From: Octopus sinensis
Lineage: Eukaryota
Direction: 5' to 3'
NCBI RefSeq assembly: GCF_006345805.1
Contig: NC_043020.1
Span: 13,578,001 to 13,642,000 of the forward strand
Length of the DNA stretch: 64,000 nt
In this document: positions 37,248 to 48,892 of the stretch, piece by piece
Layout of the letters: each line of letters begins with the position of its first letter
Position numbering within the stretch: position 1 is the first letter of the stretch
Notes under the pieces: generated by a model
What the model was told of the DNA's origin: nothing
Database searches by the model: none
What the model saw: the letters and a program-made list of their open reading frames with translations, nothing else
Position numbers and translations under genes: made by a program

Positions 37248-37662
37248 TACTAATAGTAGTGTTTTTGTTTGTGTTTTTTAACACAAGGTACACATGTAAA
37301 AATCATTTTATTCACTTTTAACTTTTAGATATATCTTTTGGTTCTTTTTATATTTCTTTCCTCTTTTATGTGTTCTCTCCCTCCTCCTCCTTCTCATCCA
37401 CCTCCAAGTCAGCAAACCAAACTAGAAATGTTATAAGTATTTTATTAGAAGATTTAATTACTCACTTAGCAGAAACATAACATTTCTGTTTTGTTTGTGT
37501 TTATGTATGTGTGTATTTTGCTTGTGTGTGGACCGAGTTGTGAATTCACGTAGTTTCATGGTTCGGCCCTTAATGTTTATGCCAAGCCATTAAATATCTT
37601 GCCAACTATGGGATGCGGTGGCTTACATGCAGGGACAGACACTAGTCTTTTATTAAATACCA

Positions 37663-37960
37663 ATTTCTTTATTACCCACAAGGGGCTAAACACAGAGGGG
37701 ACAAACAAGGACAGACACTAGTCTTTTATTAAATACCAATTTCTTTATTACCCACAAGGGGCTAAACACAGAGGGGACAAACAAGGACAGACATAGGTAT
37801 TAAGTCGATTACATCGACCCCAATGCGTAACTTGTACTTAATTTATCGACTCTGAAAGGATGAAAGGCAAAGTCGACCTCGGTGGAATTTGAACTCAGAA
37901 CGTAACGGCAGATGAAATACCGCTAAGCATTTCGCCCGGCATGCTAACGTTTCTGCCAGC
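37663..37960 (-). mobile_element. Family-B SINE flanked by a 57-bp direct duplication
   Basis: 37606-37662 and 37960-38016 differ by one mismatch. Confidence 0.85.
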
Positions 37961-38339
37961 TATGGGATGCGGTGACTTACATGCAGGGACAGACACTAGT
38001 CTTTTATTAAATACCAGCTGAGGCCTTCACCTTAGAGGGGAACAAACCAGATAACAGATCCAAACCATACAGAGGCCCCCCAGATATAAAATTACTTTTC
38101 TTACCTAAGCCTTTCACTCTTGAAACCGAGGCCATTTATGGCTTTTGTCCACCGTCCTCGACTCTGGGCTGTCTTTTCTGCTTCTATGAGGGAAGGTCTT
38201 CCTCCCTCAGATCTTTTTGGTTTCAAATTGTTATTGAGGCAGAATTGGTGCAGTGTCAACCTTTATTACCCTGCATTCTTAATGTTGATCTCAACATCTG
38301 CACTTTACCGGACTACAAAGTCCTTCAGTGCTGCACTTC

Positions 38340-38588
38340 TCCACCTCTCTTTCTCTCCTTCTCTCTCCCTCTCTCTCTCCCTCTCTCTTTCTCTCTCTCT
38401 CTCTCTATCACTCCCTCCCTCTTTCTCTCTCTCCCTCTTTCTCTCTCTCCCTCTTTCTCTCTCTCCCTCTCTCTTTCTCTCTCTCCCCTCTACTCTCTCC
38501 CTCTCTCTCTCTTCCTCTTTCTCTCTCTCCCTCTCTCTCTTTCTCTCTCTCCCCCTCTCTCTCTCCCTCTCTCTCCCTCTCTCTCTTC

Positions 38589-38662
<74 letters not shown>
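38340..38662. repeat. (CT)n microsatellite
   Basis: Direct reading. Confidence 0.95.
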
Positions 38663-38665
<3 letters not shown>

Positions 38666-39097
38666 CATCCCTCTTATTCTTTTCACAATGCTAATTAAAT
38701 GTAGTGGCAATAATAATCAAGGCCGTGAGCTGGCAGAATCATCAGCACTCCAGGTAAAAATGTTGAGTGGAATTTCGTCTGCCTCTGTGTTCTGAGTTCA
38801 AATTCCACCGAGGTCAACTTTGCTTTTCACCTTTCCGGGTCTGCAAAGTAAGTTACCAGTTAAGTATTGGGATTGATGTAATTGACTTAACCCTTCCCTG
38901 AAATTGCTGGCCTTGTGCCAAAATTTAAAGCGAATAGTAGGTGGTGGGGGATGACAGAGGGAGGGGCAGAGGTTGGTTAGGGTGCTGGTGGCAGTGGTGA
39001 TGGTGGTGGTAGCAGTGGTAGTGGCAGTGGTGTTGTTAGAAAGGTTTCACATACACACATTCATGCATGACAGTTCAGTGAAGGTTAATACTTTACT

Positions 39098-39322
39098 CCA
39101 ACTCCACTCGCTCACTCCACTCCACTCTCTCTTCCACTCCACTCTCTCATTCCACTCCACTCGCTCACTCCACTCCACTCGCTCACTCCACTCCACTCGC
39201 TCATTCCACTCCACTCGCTTACTCCACTCCACTCGCTCACTCCACTCCACTCGCCCACTCCACTCCACTCGCTCACTCCACTCCACTCGCTCACTCCACT
39301 CCACTAGTTCACTCCACTCCAC
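39098..39322. repeat. 18-bp minisatellite (CACTCCACTCCACTCGCT)
   Basis: Direct reading. Confidence 0.9.
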
Positions 39323-40384
39323 TGCACTCCAACTGCCATTGTACATCATATTTTTGGTGGATGGAGTAACCCCATAATTTGACCCTCGTCCCCGTTCAAA
39401 TTGAAATGAGAGCAGGAGTAGTGGAGTAGAAGGAGCTGGTAAGACAATATAGACAGAGTGCTTGACATCCTCAAATTTGACCCCTAATCCTCATGGCCAC
39501 ATCTGGCACTGCAACTGTATTCATAAACATTTTTATTCCCCCACCATTTCCATCCCCAACAACTCCATAATTATTCCTTTCATTCTCAGGTTACCTCCAC
39601 CCTACACCCACCCCCATACTTTCATGATTGGTTTTCATCTCCAGACCTAAATATTTCAGAGACACATGCTGCATTCCTGTAAATGGTGAAATTGCATTAT
39701 TAATATTGTTTATCAGACCTGAGGGCTGTTGAGTCAGTTGTTGCTTAACGACCAAATATTGTTTAATTACATTAAAGAAACTTCTGAAGTCCCCTATGTC
39801 ACCCAGTTCCTGGATTTCAAGTGCTTTCACCTGCCACCAATTGTTCTACATTGCACTTGATTATATCAAAACTGCAGCATTTGTCTGCCGGCAAGCTTTC
39901 CTTTTGCGATCATTATTCGTATCAATTTGAAAATTCTTGTCAAGACGGCGAACTGGCTAAATTGATAGCATACCAGGCAAAATGCTTAGCAGTATTTCAT
40001 CTGTCTTTACATTCTGAGTTCAAATTACTCCAGAGTCAAATTTGCCTTTCATCCTCTGGGAGTTGATGAACTGAGTACCAGCTATGTACTGGGGTTGATA
40101 TAATTGACTAGCTCCCTACCCCAAATTTCAGGCTTTGTGCCTTTAATAGAAAGGATTATTCTTGTCAATTTTGTTGGCAGGAAAATCTACTCTCTTTCTG
40201 TCAAGTAGCTGCCTGTTATGAGGACTTGTTGTCATCAGTTTTCTTGGTGATTTTTTTGAGGTGAAAACACAAAGGTTACTGACAACTTGCTAAGATCCTT
40301 TCCTTGTATACCAGAATATATGATAGGCCATGGTCCATCCAACAATCATTGACTCCTTTCACGGCAATATCTTTACAATCTTGG

Positions 40385-40790
40385 GTGACCCGCTGTTCTT
40401 GAGGAGACCTATTGAGTCAAGTACATCAACATCAATATAAAAATTCAAATGGAAATTGTAGTTAAGACACCCGTGCCGGTGACACATAAAAAGCACCATC
40501 CAAACGTGGCAGATGCCAGCGCCGCCTGACTGGCATCTGTGTTGGTGACACGTAAAAGCACCAACCGATCACGGCCGCTTGCCAGCCTGCTCTGGCCCCT
40601 GTGCCGGTGGCACGTAAAATACACCCACTACACTCATGGAGTGGTTGGCGTTTGGAAGGGTATCCAGCTGTAGAAACACTGCCAAATCAGACTAGAGCTT
40701 GGTGCAGCCTCCATGGCTTACCAGACCCCGGTTGAACCGTCCAACCCATGCTAGCATGGAAAACAGACGTTAGATGATGATGATGATGAT
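40385..40790 (+). mobile_element. RTE 3'-UTR fragment
   Basis: GTGCCGGTG sub-repeats, GGAAGGGTATCCAGC and (GAT)n tail. Confidence 0.8.
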
Positions 40791-41114
40791 GTTTCTTTGT
40801 TGATGTAGTCATAATGGTCTACCAATTCCTTGATCACAGATGCTGCTTTGAATTCTTGCATCCATTTATCAAAAAACTCTTTTGTCGATTAATTCAGTCA
40901 TCCCTCGCATTTTGTTAGGAGCAAAAACACTTTTTGAGTTAGTTTTTCCCATGCTCTCCTTTCCAGTTGTGCCATTCCAGAGATTCAGATTTTCACCTAG
41001 CCAGATTGGGGTGTTTTGAATTCTGTCTAACCCTGAGCCCTACCCCAGTGAGGATTGCCTACTGCTACCGCCATCATCTTCCATCACAGTCATTTAGCCG
41101 CTTCAGCCTGTTCT

Positions 41115-41345
41115 GCATTTTGTGATGCCGGGCGCAAAAATACCTTAAGCTAAGCCTGAAAGTATTCAGAACACAGAATAACATGTAACAAAATTAATTT
41201 GCAAACATATTTACATTCCCATATAACAGTTAAGAACATCACCATTATTGTATTACGCATGTGCGGAAGTGTTTGTTCGACTAGGTGCTGCTGCCTTAAT
41301 TACGCATGACTCAAGTTAGAGAAGGGGTGCGTATTATACACAAGG
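41115..41345 (-). repeat. Inverted partial copy of the adjacent MITE interior
   Basis: Reverse complement of 41500-41791, lacking about 60 bp. Confidence 0.85.
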
Positions 41346-41418
41346 AAGCAAAAACAAAAGGGGTTTCCTTGAGTTAGCTTCAATGAGTGTCCTGCACTGT
41401 ATATACATACACAACATA

Positions 41419-41940
41419 CCGTAAATCCTCAAGTATAGTCCGCCCTTGAGTATAATATGCAGGGGATTTTTAGGGGGCTGTACCTCTGAAAAACCTAAAC
41501 CTTGTGTATAATATGCACCCCTTCTCTAACTTGAGTTGTGCATAATTAAGCCAGCAGCATCTAGTCGAACAAACACTTCCATGCATGCGTAATACAATAA
41601 TGGTGATGTTCTTAACTGTTATATGGGAATGTAAATATGTTTGCAAATTGTTTTTGTTACATGCTATTCTGTGTTCTGAATACTTTTATTTTAATAAATG
41701 TTGCTTACTGCAAGTTATGGATGATTCTTTTATGACTTCATTGCTTTCAGGCTTAGCTTAAGGTATTTTCACGCCCGACATCACAAAATGCGTCTGAATA
41801 AACATTGCTGGACAGCAAATAGAGACTCGGACATTGCTTAGAAAATATTTTTCATTTTTAACCTTGTATATAGTACGCACTAGGGATTTTGACCTTTAAA
41901 TTTTGGGTAAAAAATGTGGATTATACTCGAGGATTTACGG
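41419..41940. mobile_element. Tc1/mariner (pogo-like) MITE, 522 bp
   Basis: TA|CCGTAAATCCTCAAGTATA ... TATACTCGAGGATTTACGG|TA: 19-bp TIR with one mismatch. Confidence 0.8.
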
Positions 41941-42103
41941 TACACACACATTCGTAGATATTCACCATACACATGCACACACCTCTTATACACACACACA
42001 CACACACACATACTGAATACATACAGCCACAGAATACACACACACAATGCAGGCATATACACACATTCAGATATATTCATTATATATATATGAAAAGGTG
42101 GCA

Positions 42104-42512
42104 AGCTGGCAGAAACATTAGCACACCGGGCGAAATACTTATCAGTATTTCGTCTGCCATTACGTTCTGAGTTCAAATTCCGCCGAGGTCAACTTTGCCT
42201 TTCATCCTTTCGGGGTCGATTAAATAATTACCAGTTACGCACTGGGGTCAATATAATCAACTTAATCCGTTTGTCTGTCCTTGTTTGTCCCCTCTGTGTG
42301 TAGCCCCTTGTGGGCAGTAAAAAATAGGTCTATCATCTGCCATCACGTTCTGGGTTCAAATTCCTCCAAGGTCGACTTTGCCTTTCATCCTTTCAGGCTC
42401 GATAAATTAAGTACCAGTTACGCACTGGGGTCGATGTAATCGACTTAATCCCTTTGTCTGTCCTTGTTTGTCCCCTCTATGTTTAGCCCTTGTGGGCAAT
42501 AAAGAAATAAGA
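42104..42512 (+). mobile_element. Two tandem family-B SINEs
   Basis: Family-B head and tails. Confidence 0.85.
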
Positions 42513-43507
42513 TATATTCATATCTCCCCACACATTTACACACACACATACACACCACCCTCAAAATACATATAATCCCCCACTCATTCACACATCCACA
42601 TACCCATACATACTCAAACCTTAACCAACTGTATAACATTAGCTCTATCGTATCTGCAGTGTAATGTGTGTTATGTAATATATGCACTGTCATGTTTAGT
42701 CCGTAATGCATGTCGTGCTGTGACATACATGTTATATAATGTATGCTACACCATGTATTTTATGCCATGTGAAATACAAAACTTCAATGCTGTCCAAGAT
42801 GTCATGAAGAGATGTTCAATTAATTTCATGTTAATTAAGATGTTTTCCTGTTGTAATGTTTCCTGAGGCATTCTTTTAATCGTTCTACTAATTAGCAAGT
42901 TATTTTACAATTTTCAAGCCTGCTCCTCTTTTGTCTCCAATTTCTACAGATCTTTGGTAAAACATTTCTTTACAAAGTGCCTTTGTTGCTGCTGTGTTTG
43001 CTTTCTTAATTTCTCAGTCAATTAACGGTCATTCTGTTTACCATAAGTTCATTTTTAGTTGGTTCACTGTTGCAACATTTAACAATAACCCATTTGTTCT
43101 GTTAGCTCATTGTTAACCATAATTCAGCCAAGGTTGACTTTGCCTTTCATCTTTTCGGGGTCATTTAAATAAGTACTAGTTACGCACTGGGGTCGATGTA
43201 ATCGATTTAATCCGTTTGTCTGTCCTTGTTTGTCCCCTCTGTGTTTAGCTCCTTGTGGGTAGTAAAGAAATACGTTCACTGTTGTAATACATAGTAGTTG
43301 AAACACCTTGGTTTCCGTAATTTTACTTGGCTTGTCCCATCCAATTATGATATAATTAACAATGTGATCAGTTTACGTTCTTTATCGTGTTACAAATGCG
43401 TAGAATTCTAATTAGAATTTTATCTCCATCAAAGACAGAAACATATGAGAAGATATTGACCAATTCTTTGCTACGCTGCTGGAGTGATAACATCTGAGCC
43501 CTTATTA

Positions 43508-43715
43508 GTGTTGCAGTTGACTCCAAATTGGTGTCACAGATGACCCCTAACTGGTATCGCAGTTGACCACTAATTGACGTCACAGCTGAACTCTAACTGG
43601 TATTGCAGTTGACCCCTAAGTGATGTTGCAGCTAATCACAGCTGAACTCGGTAACTGGTGTTGCAGTTGACCCCTAAGTGATGTTGCAGCTACTCCCTAA
43701 TTGATGTTGCGGCCG
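43508..43715. repeat. Degenerate ~23-bp minisatellite (GTTGCAGTTGACCCCTAAGTGAT)
   Basis: Direct reading. Confidence 0.7.
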
Positions 43716-44239
43716 ATCCTTAATAAGAGTCACGGCTGCACAGAAAGTAGAAAGAAAAAAGATTGTGTTACAGCGTGGCCCTGAATAACTTGGACATTCT
43801 CAGATAATGACTGCTGCTGGCCATTTCTGCTGGGAAGAGAGAGCAATGCTGTTGGAAGGTCCCATAATGATGATGATTGCCAATTGACAGATGATGAAGG
43901 AAGTGCACTGCAGTGTGAGAAGTATCCTGGGTTCAATTCCACTATGTGGTATCTTTGGCCAAGTGCTTTTGCTATTGTCTCAAATCAACTCAAGCTGAGT
44001 GACTGTGGGTAGATGGAACCTCAGTAGTATCCCAGCAGATGGACTCTACCTGTAATTGCATTATACCTGGCTGCGTCATGGTGATCCTACCTGAGAATTA
44101 TGTTCAGAGTACATGTGTTTGTGAAATACAGCCACTTAACACTCATTTAATTAGTGAGCAACTGGATACTTCATCATCATCATCATCATCATCATCGTTT
44201 AACGTCCACTTTCCATGCTAGCATGGGTTGGACAATTTG

Positions 44240-44560
44240 ACTGAGGACTGGTGATGACTGAGGAATGGCGATGACTGAGGAATGGTGATGACTGAGGAAT
44301 GGCGATGACTGAGGACTGGCGATGACTGAGGAATGGCCATGACTGAGGAATGGCCATGACTGAGGAATGGCCATGACTGAGGACTGGCGATGACTGAGGA
44401 ATGGCCATGACTGAGGAATGGCCATGACTGAGGAATGGCCATGACTGAGGAATGGCCATGACTGAGGAATGGCCATGACTGAGGAATGGCCATGACTGAG
44501 GAATGGCCATGACTGAGGAATGGCCATGACTGAGGAATGGCCATGACTGGGGAATGGCGA
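44240..44560. repeat. 17-bp minisatellite (GACTGAGGAATGGCCAT) x ~18, grown out of an RTE 3' end
   Basis: It follows CGTTTAACGTCC...GGACAATTTGACTGAGGACTGGTGA; compare the unexpanded copy at 44943-45010. Confidence 0.9.
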
Positions 44561-44942
44561 TACATCAAAATTATTATTGGAGTTCACCACACACACACAC
44601 GTACACATGCTTGTATATTCATTTACTTGTTTCGGTCATTTGATGGTGGCCATGCTGGAGCAACACCAGCAAGCTGGCAGAATTGTTACCACAAAGAACA
44701 AAATGCTTTGTAGCATTTCACCCATCGCTACACCTTATAAGGAAACAGCTGTAAGCTAATGGAGTTCATAAAATAATTGTTTATTTCTTTGTCTTCTAAT
44801 TTTCTTATGTATTTATAAGCCTGAATGATTGCTCTAAGATCCATGGTGTATTTTATAAATATGCTGTTCAAGTATCATAATAGCATGAAACTATTGGTAG
44901 CTCTTTTGGTTGTGTATTTGATTTTATATATACATGTATATA

Positions 44943-45236
44943 TCATCATCATTTAACGTCTGCTTTCCATGCTAGCATGGGTTGGGCAATTTGACTGAGG
45001 ACTGGTGAACCAGATGGCTGCACCAGGCTCCAATCTGATCTGGCAGAGTTTCTACAGCTGGATGCCCTTCCTAACGCAAAACCACTCCGAGAGTGTAGTG
45101 GGTGCTTTTACGTGCCGCTGGCATGAGGGCCAGTCTGACAGTACTGGCAACAGCCACGATCAAATGGTGTTTTTAACGTGCCACCTGCACAGGAGCCAGT
45201 CCAGCGACACTGGCAACAACCTCACTCAAATGTTTT

Positions 45237-45283
<47 letters not shown>

Positions 45284-45790
45284 AAGAGCACCATACATGA
45301 TCGTTGATACAGCGGCTAACCAGCTTCCATGCCAGTGGCACATAAAAGGCACCATTCAAGTGTGATCGTTACCAGCATCGCCTTACTGGCACTTGTGCCC
45401 GTGCTAGTAGGGTGCCAAGAGCATCATCCAAGCGTGATCGTTGCCAGAGCAGCCAACTGGTTTCCGTGCCGGTGGCACGTAAAAGGGCACCATTCGAGCG
45501 TAATCATTACCAATGTCGCCTTACTGGCACCTGTGCTGGTGGCATGTGTAAAAGGATTCGAACAAGGTCGTTGCCAGTACCGCCTGACTGGCCCCCGTGC
45601 CGGTGGCATGTAAAAAGCACCCACTACACTCTCGGAGTGGTTGGTGTTAGGAAGGGTATCCAGCTGTAGAAACTCTGCCAGATCAAGACTGAAGCTTGGT
45701 GCAGCCATCTGGTTCGCCAGCCCTCAGTCAAAATCATCCAACCCATGCTAGCATGGAAAGCGGACGTTAAACGATGATGATGATGATGAT
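44943..45790. mobile_element. Two RTE 3'-UTR fragments in opposite orientation
   Basis: Minus copy at ~44943-45235 and plus copy at ~45325-45790, separated by (TA)n. Confidence 0.8.
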
Positions 45791-46484
45791 GATGATATAT
45801 ATGCACACACACACATACACATCCATACATGTGTCTGTATGTGTATATAAATGTGTGTGTGTACACACACATGCATACACACACATACACACACAAAAGA
45901 CATGTATGTGTGTGATTGTATTACTGTTTATACATACCTAAACAACCACCAGTTATCATCCCCATTTACTTTTCTGTGTAACGAGCATTCTTTCCCAGAG
46001 ATAACGATAAACTATTTCAAATATAGCCACAATAACAGCAGTTACACAATGTTAATTGTTCTCATTAATTTTACTTAATTATCCTTCATTATTATATCAT
46101 TACTGTTGTTTTCATTAAATGAATCATTCCACTCCTAATCATTTTCTCCTTAACTGCTCTGGATTCACTGTGATGTTTGTCTTTTAACGAACTCATCCAT
46201 TCGTTGCTGTCATTTCTTCCAGTTTTCCCGCTTCACCATCGTATCCAGCTCTATAATTCCATCTCAGTTGTCTGCAATAAACTGACATAAAAAACAAGTT
46301 TTCTAGTGAAACACATTTTTGAGGTCTTTAACTGACAGAAATATTACCATATTAAAGGATTTTCTTATAGTTCTCTGTCTTACAATAGAACAAAAGGACA
46401 GACATCTTTTTGAATAGAAAAGTGTTATTCTATTTTGGTTGAAAAAAGAAAGAAAAAGAAACCTTAATGTTTCACATACAGACT

Positions 46485-47290
46485 GTATGACACGTGTGTA
46501 CGAACAGCCATGCTACATGGCAGTGAAACATGGGCCGTGACTGCTGAGGATATGCGTAAGCTCGCAAGAAATGAACCCAGTATGCTCCAATGGATGTGTA
46601 ATGTCAGTGTGCATACCCGACTGAGTGTAAGTGCCTTGAGAGAAAAGTTGGACCTAAGAAGCATCAGATGTGGTGTGCAAGAGAGACGTTTGCGCTGGTA
46701 TGGGCATGTGGTGAGAATGGATGAAGATAGTTGTGTGAAAAAGTGCCACACCCTAGCGGTTGAGGGAACCTGTGGAAGAAACAGACCCAGGAAAACCTGG
46801 GACGAGGTGGTGAAGCACGACCTTGAACTTTAGGTCTCACTGAGGAAATGACTAGAGACCGAGACCTCTGGAAGTATGCTGTGCGTGAGAAGACCCGGCA
46901 GGACAAGTGAGACCATAACCCGTGGCCTTCTACATGGGATGTAGCCAGCCCACTTATGCATACCTTCCCTTCTTGGGACACAAAACTCTACTTGTGAAGA
47001 CCTGTTGAGGCAAGTGAGAATCAGAATCAGAATCAAAATCGATCAATGGAAATTGCAGCTGAGTTACTAGTGCCGGTGGCACGTAAGAGAACCATCCGAA
47101 CGTGGCCATTGCCAGCGCTGCCCCGATTGGCCTCGTGCCGGTGGCACATAAAAAGCACCATCCATTCGTGGCCGTTGCCAGCCTTGCCTGGCCCCCATGC
47201 CGGTGGCACATAAAAATCACCATCCGATCGTGGCCGTTTGCCAGACTCATCTGGCACCTGTGCTGGTGGCATGTAAAAAAGCACCCCCTA
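46485..47290 (+). mobile_element. 5'-truncated RTE-clade LINE (ORF2 C-terminus plus 3' UTR, tail missing)
   Basis: LYDTCVRTAMLHGSETWAV...QERRLRWYGHVVRM....VEGTCGRNRPRKTWDEVV. A frameshift near 46830 is followed by the UTR sub-repeats. Confidence 0.9.
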
Positions 47291-47495
47291 CACTAATTCA
47301 ACCTACACAAGTTTTTAGACATTGAATGGGTATAGGGGTGCACCAGAATAAAATAGTAATCAAAGGGGTCCAAAGATAAAAAAATGGTTGAGAACCCCCT
47401 TCTTTAGATGTATGTATTGCAAGAAACAGCTAGGTTTCTTTCTCTAACATTTTACATAGTTCCATCTAAATGTTGTCAGCCACTAAGAGACATGC

Positions 47496-47834
47496 CAATT
47501 TTCTAATGGCATGGCATGGCATCTCTCGTGGAAGCGCTATCCAACCAAAATGCAAATATATGGGAAACTACCACCCGTGTCATCTCTTGTGAAAGGTAGA
47601 AGAGTCCAGTTTGCTGGACATTGTTGTAGAGCTGAAAAAGAAGTAATTTCTGCTCTTCTCCTCTGGAAGCCATCTACTCGCAGTATCAGAGGGTGCACAC
47701 TCTCCTACCCTGATGTTATCTCCAGGGATAGAGGCATCCAGCAACAGGACCTCCGTAATGCCATGATGGACCATGAAGTCTGGTGTAGCATGGTAAATTC
47801 CATTGTCTCGACCACGGTCGAACAATGATGATGG
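47496..47834 (+). mobile_element. 5'-truncated RTE/RTEX-like LINE end with 10-bp TSD, inserted into another repeat
   Basis: ORF 47511-47828. AGAGACATGC occurs at 47486-47495 and 47835-47844. The flanks rejoin to match the repeat at 63880-63970. Confidence 0.88.
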
Positions 47835-48077
47835 AGAGACATGCTTGGCTGGTCAAGGTCAAGCAACTGACAAGCAAATCTGTAATATTGAGCAGAATAT
47901 TTGCAGTAGCCCATCTCATTATTTATTCACACACAACAGAAGCCCAAATGCAAACCTGGAAGTACTTATAATACTACTACTGGATAACACAGGGTGAAAT
48001 CTGAAGGGGAATGAGTTATATAGTTATGGTATATTCTTAACAGAATATACCATAACTATATATATATATATATATAT

Positions 48078-48306
48078 AAAAGCGGCAAGCTGGCAGAAAC
48101 GTTAGCACGCTGGGCGAAATGCTTAGCAGTATTTCGTCTGCCGTTACATTCTGAGTTCAAATTCCACTGAGGTTGACTTTGCCTTTCATCCTTTCTGGGT
48201 CGATAAATAAAGTACTAGTTATGCACTGGGGTCAACGTAATCGACTTAATCCCTTTGTCTGTCCTTGTTTGTCCCCTCTATGTTTAGCCCATTGTGGGCA
48301 ATAAAG

Positions 48307-48341
<35 letters not shown>

Positions 48342-48565
48342 CGGCAAGCTGGCAGAAACGTTAGCACGCTGGGCGAAATGCTTAGCAGTATTTCGTCTGC
48401 CGTTACATTCTGAGTTCAAATTCCACTGAGGTTGACTTTGCCTTTCATCCTTTCTGGGTCGATAAATAAAGTACTAGTTATGCACTGGGGTCAACGTAAT
48501 CGACTTAATCCCTTTGTCTGTCCTTGTTTGTCCCCTCTATGTTTAGCCCATTGTGGGCAATAAAG

Positions 48566-48598
<33 letters not shown>
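48078..48598 (+). repeat. 259-bp tandem duplication of a family-B SINE plus (TA)n
   Basis: Units at 48082 and 48341 appear identical. Confidence 0.9.
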
Positions 48599-48600
<2 letters not shown>

Positions 48601-48602
48601 GT

Positions 48603-48892
48603 GCATGGCTCAGTGGTTAGAGCATTGAGCTTACGATCATGAGGTTGTGAGTTCGAATCCCAGACTGGGCTGCATGTTGTGTTCTTGAGCAAGGCACTAT
48701 AATTCACGTTGCTCCAGTTCACTCAGCTGTAGAAATGAGTTGCGATGTCACAGGTGCCAAGCTGTATCAGCCGTTGTCTTTCCCTTGGATAACACTGGTG
48801 GCGGGGAGGGGAACAACCTTGCTCGGACTTGTGCCTGGGATGGTAACTTTCTAGGTGCAATCCCATGGTCAGTCATAACCGAAGGGGGTCTC
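48603..48892 (+). mobile_element. SINE family D (internally deleted)
   Basis: TGGCTCAGTGG A box and GAGTTCGAATCC B box; matches 13878-14210. Confidence 0.8.
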
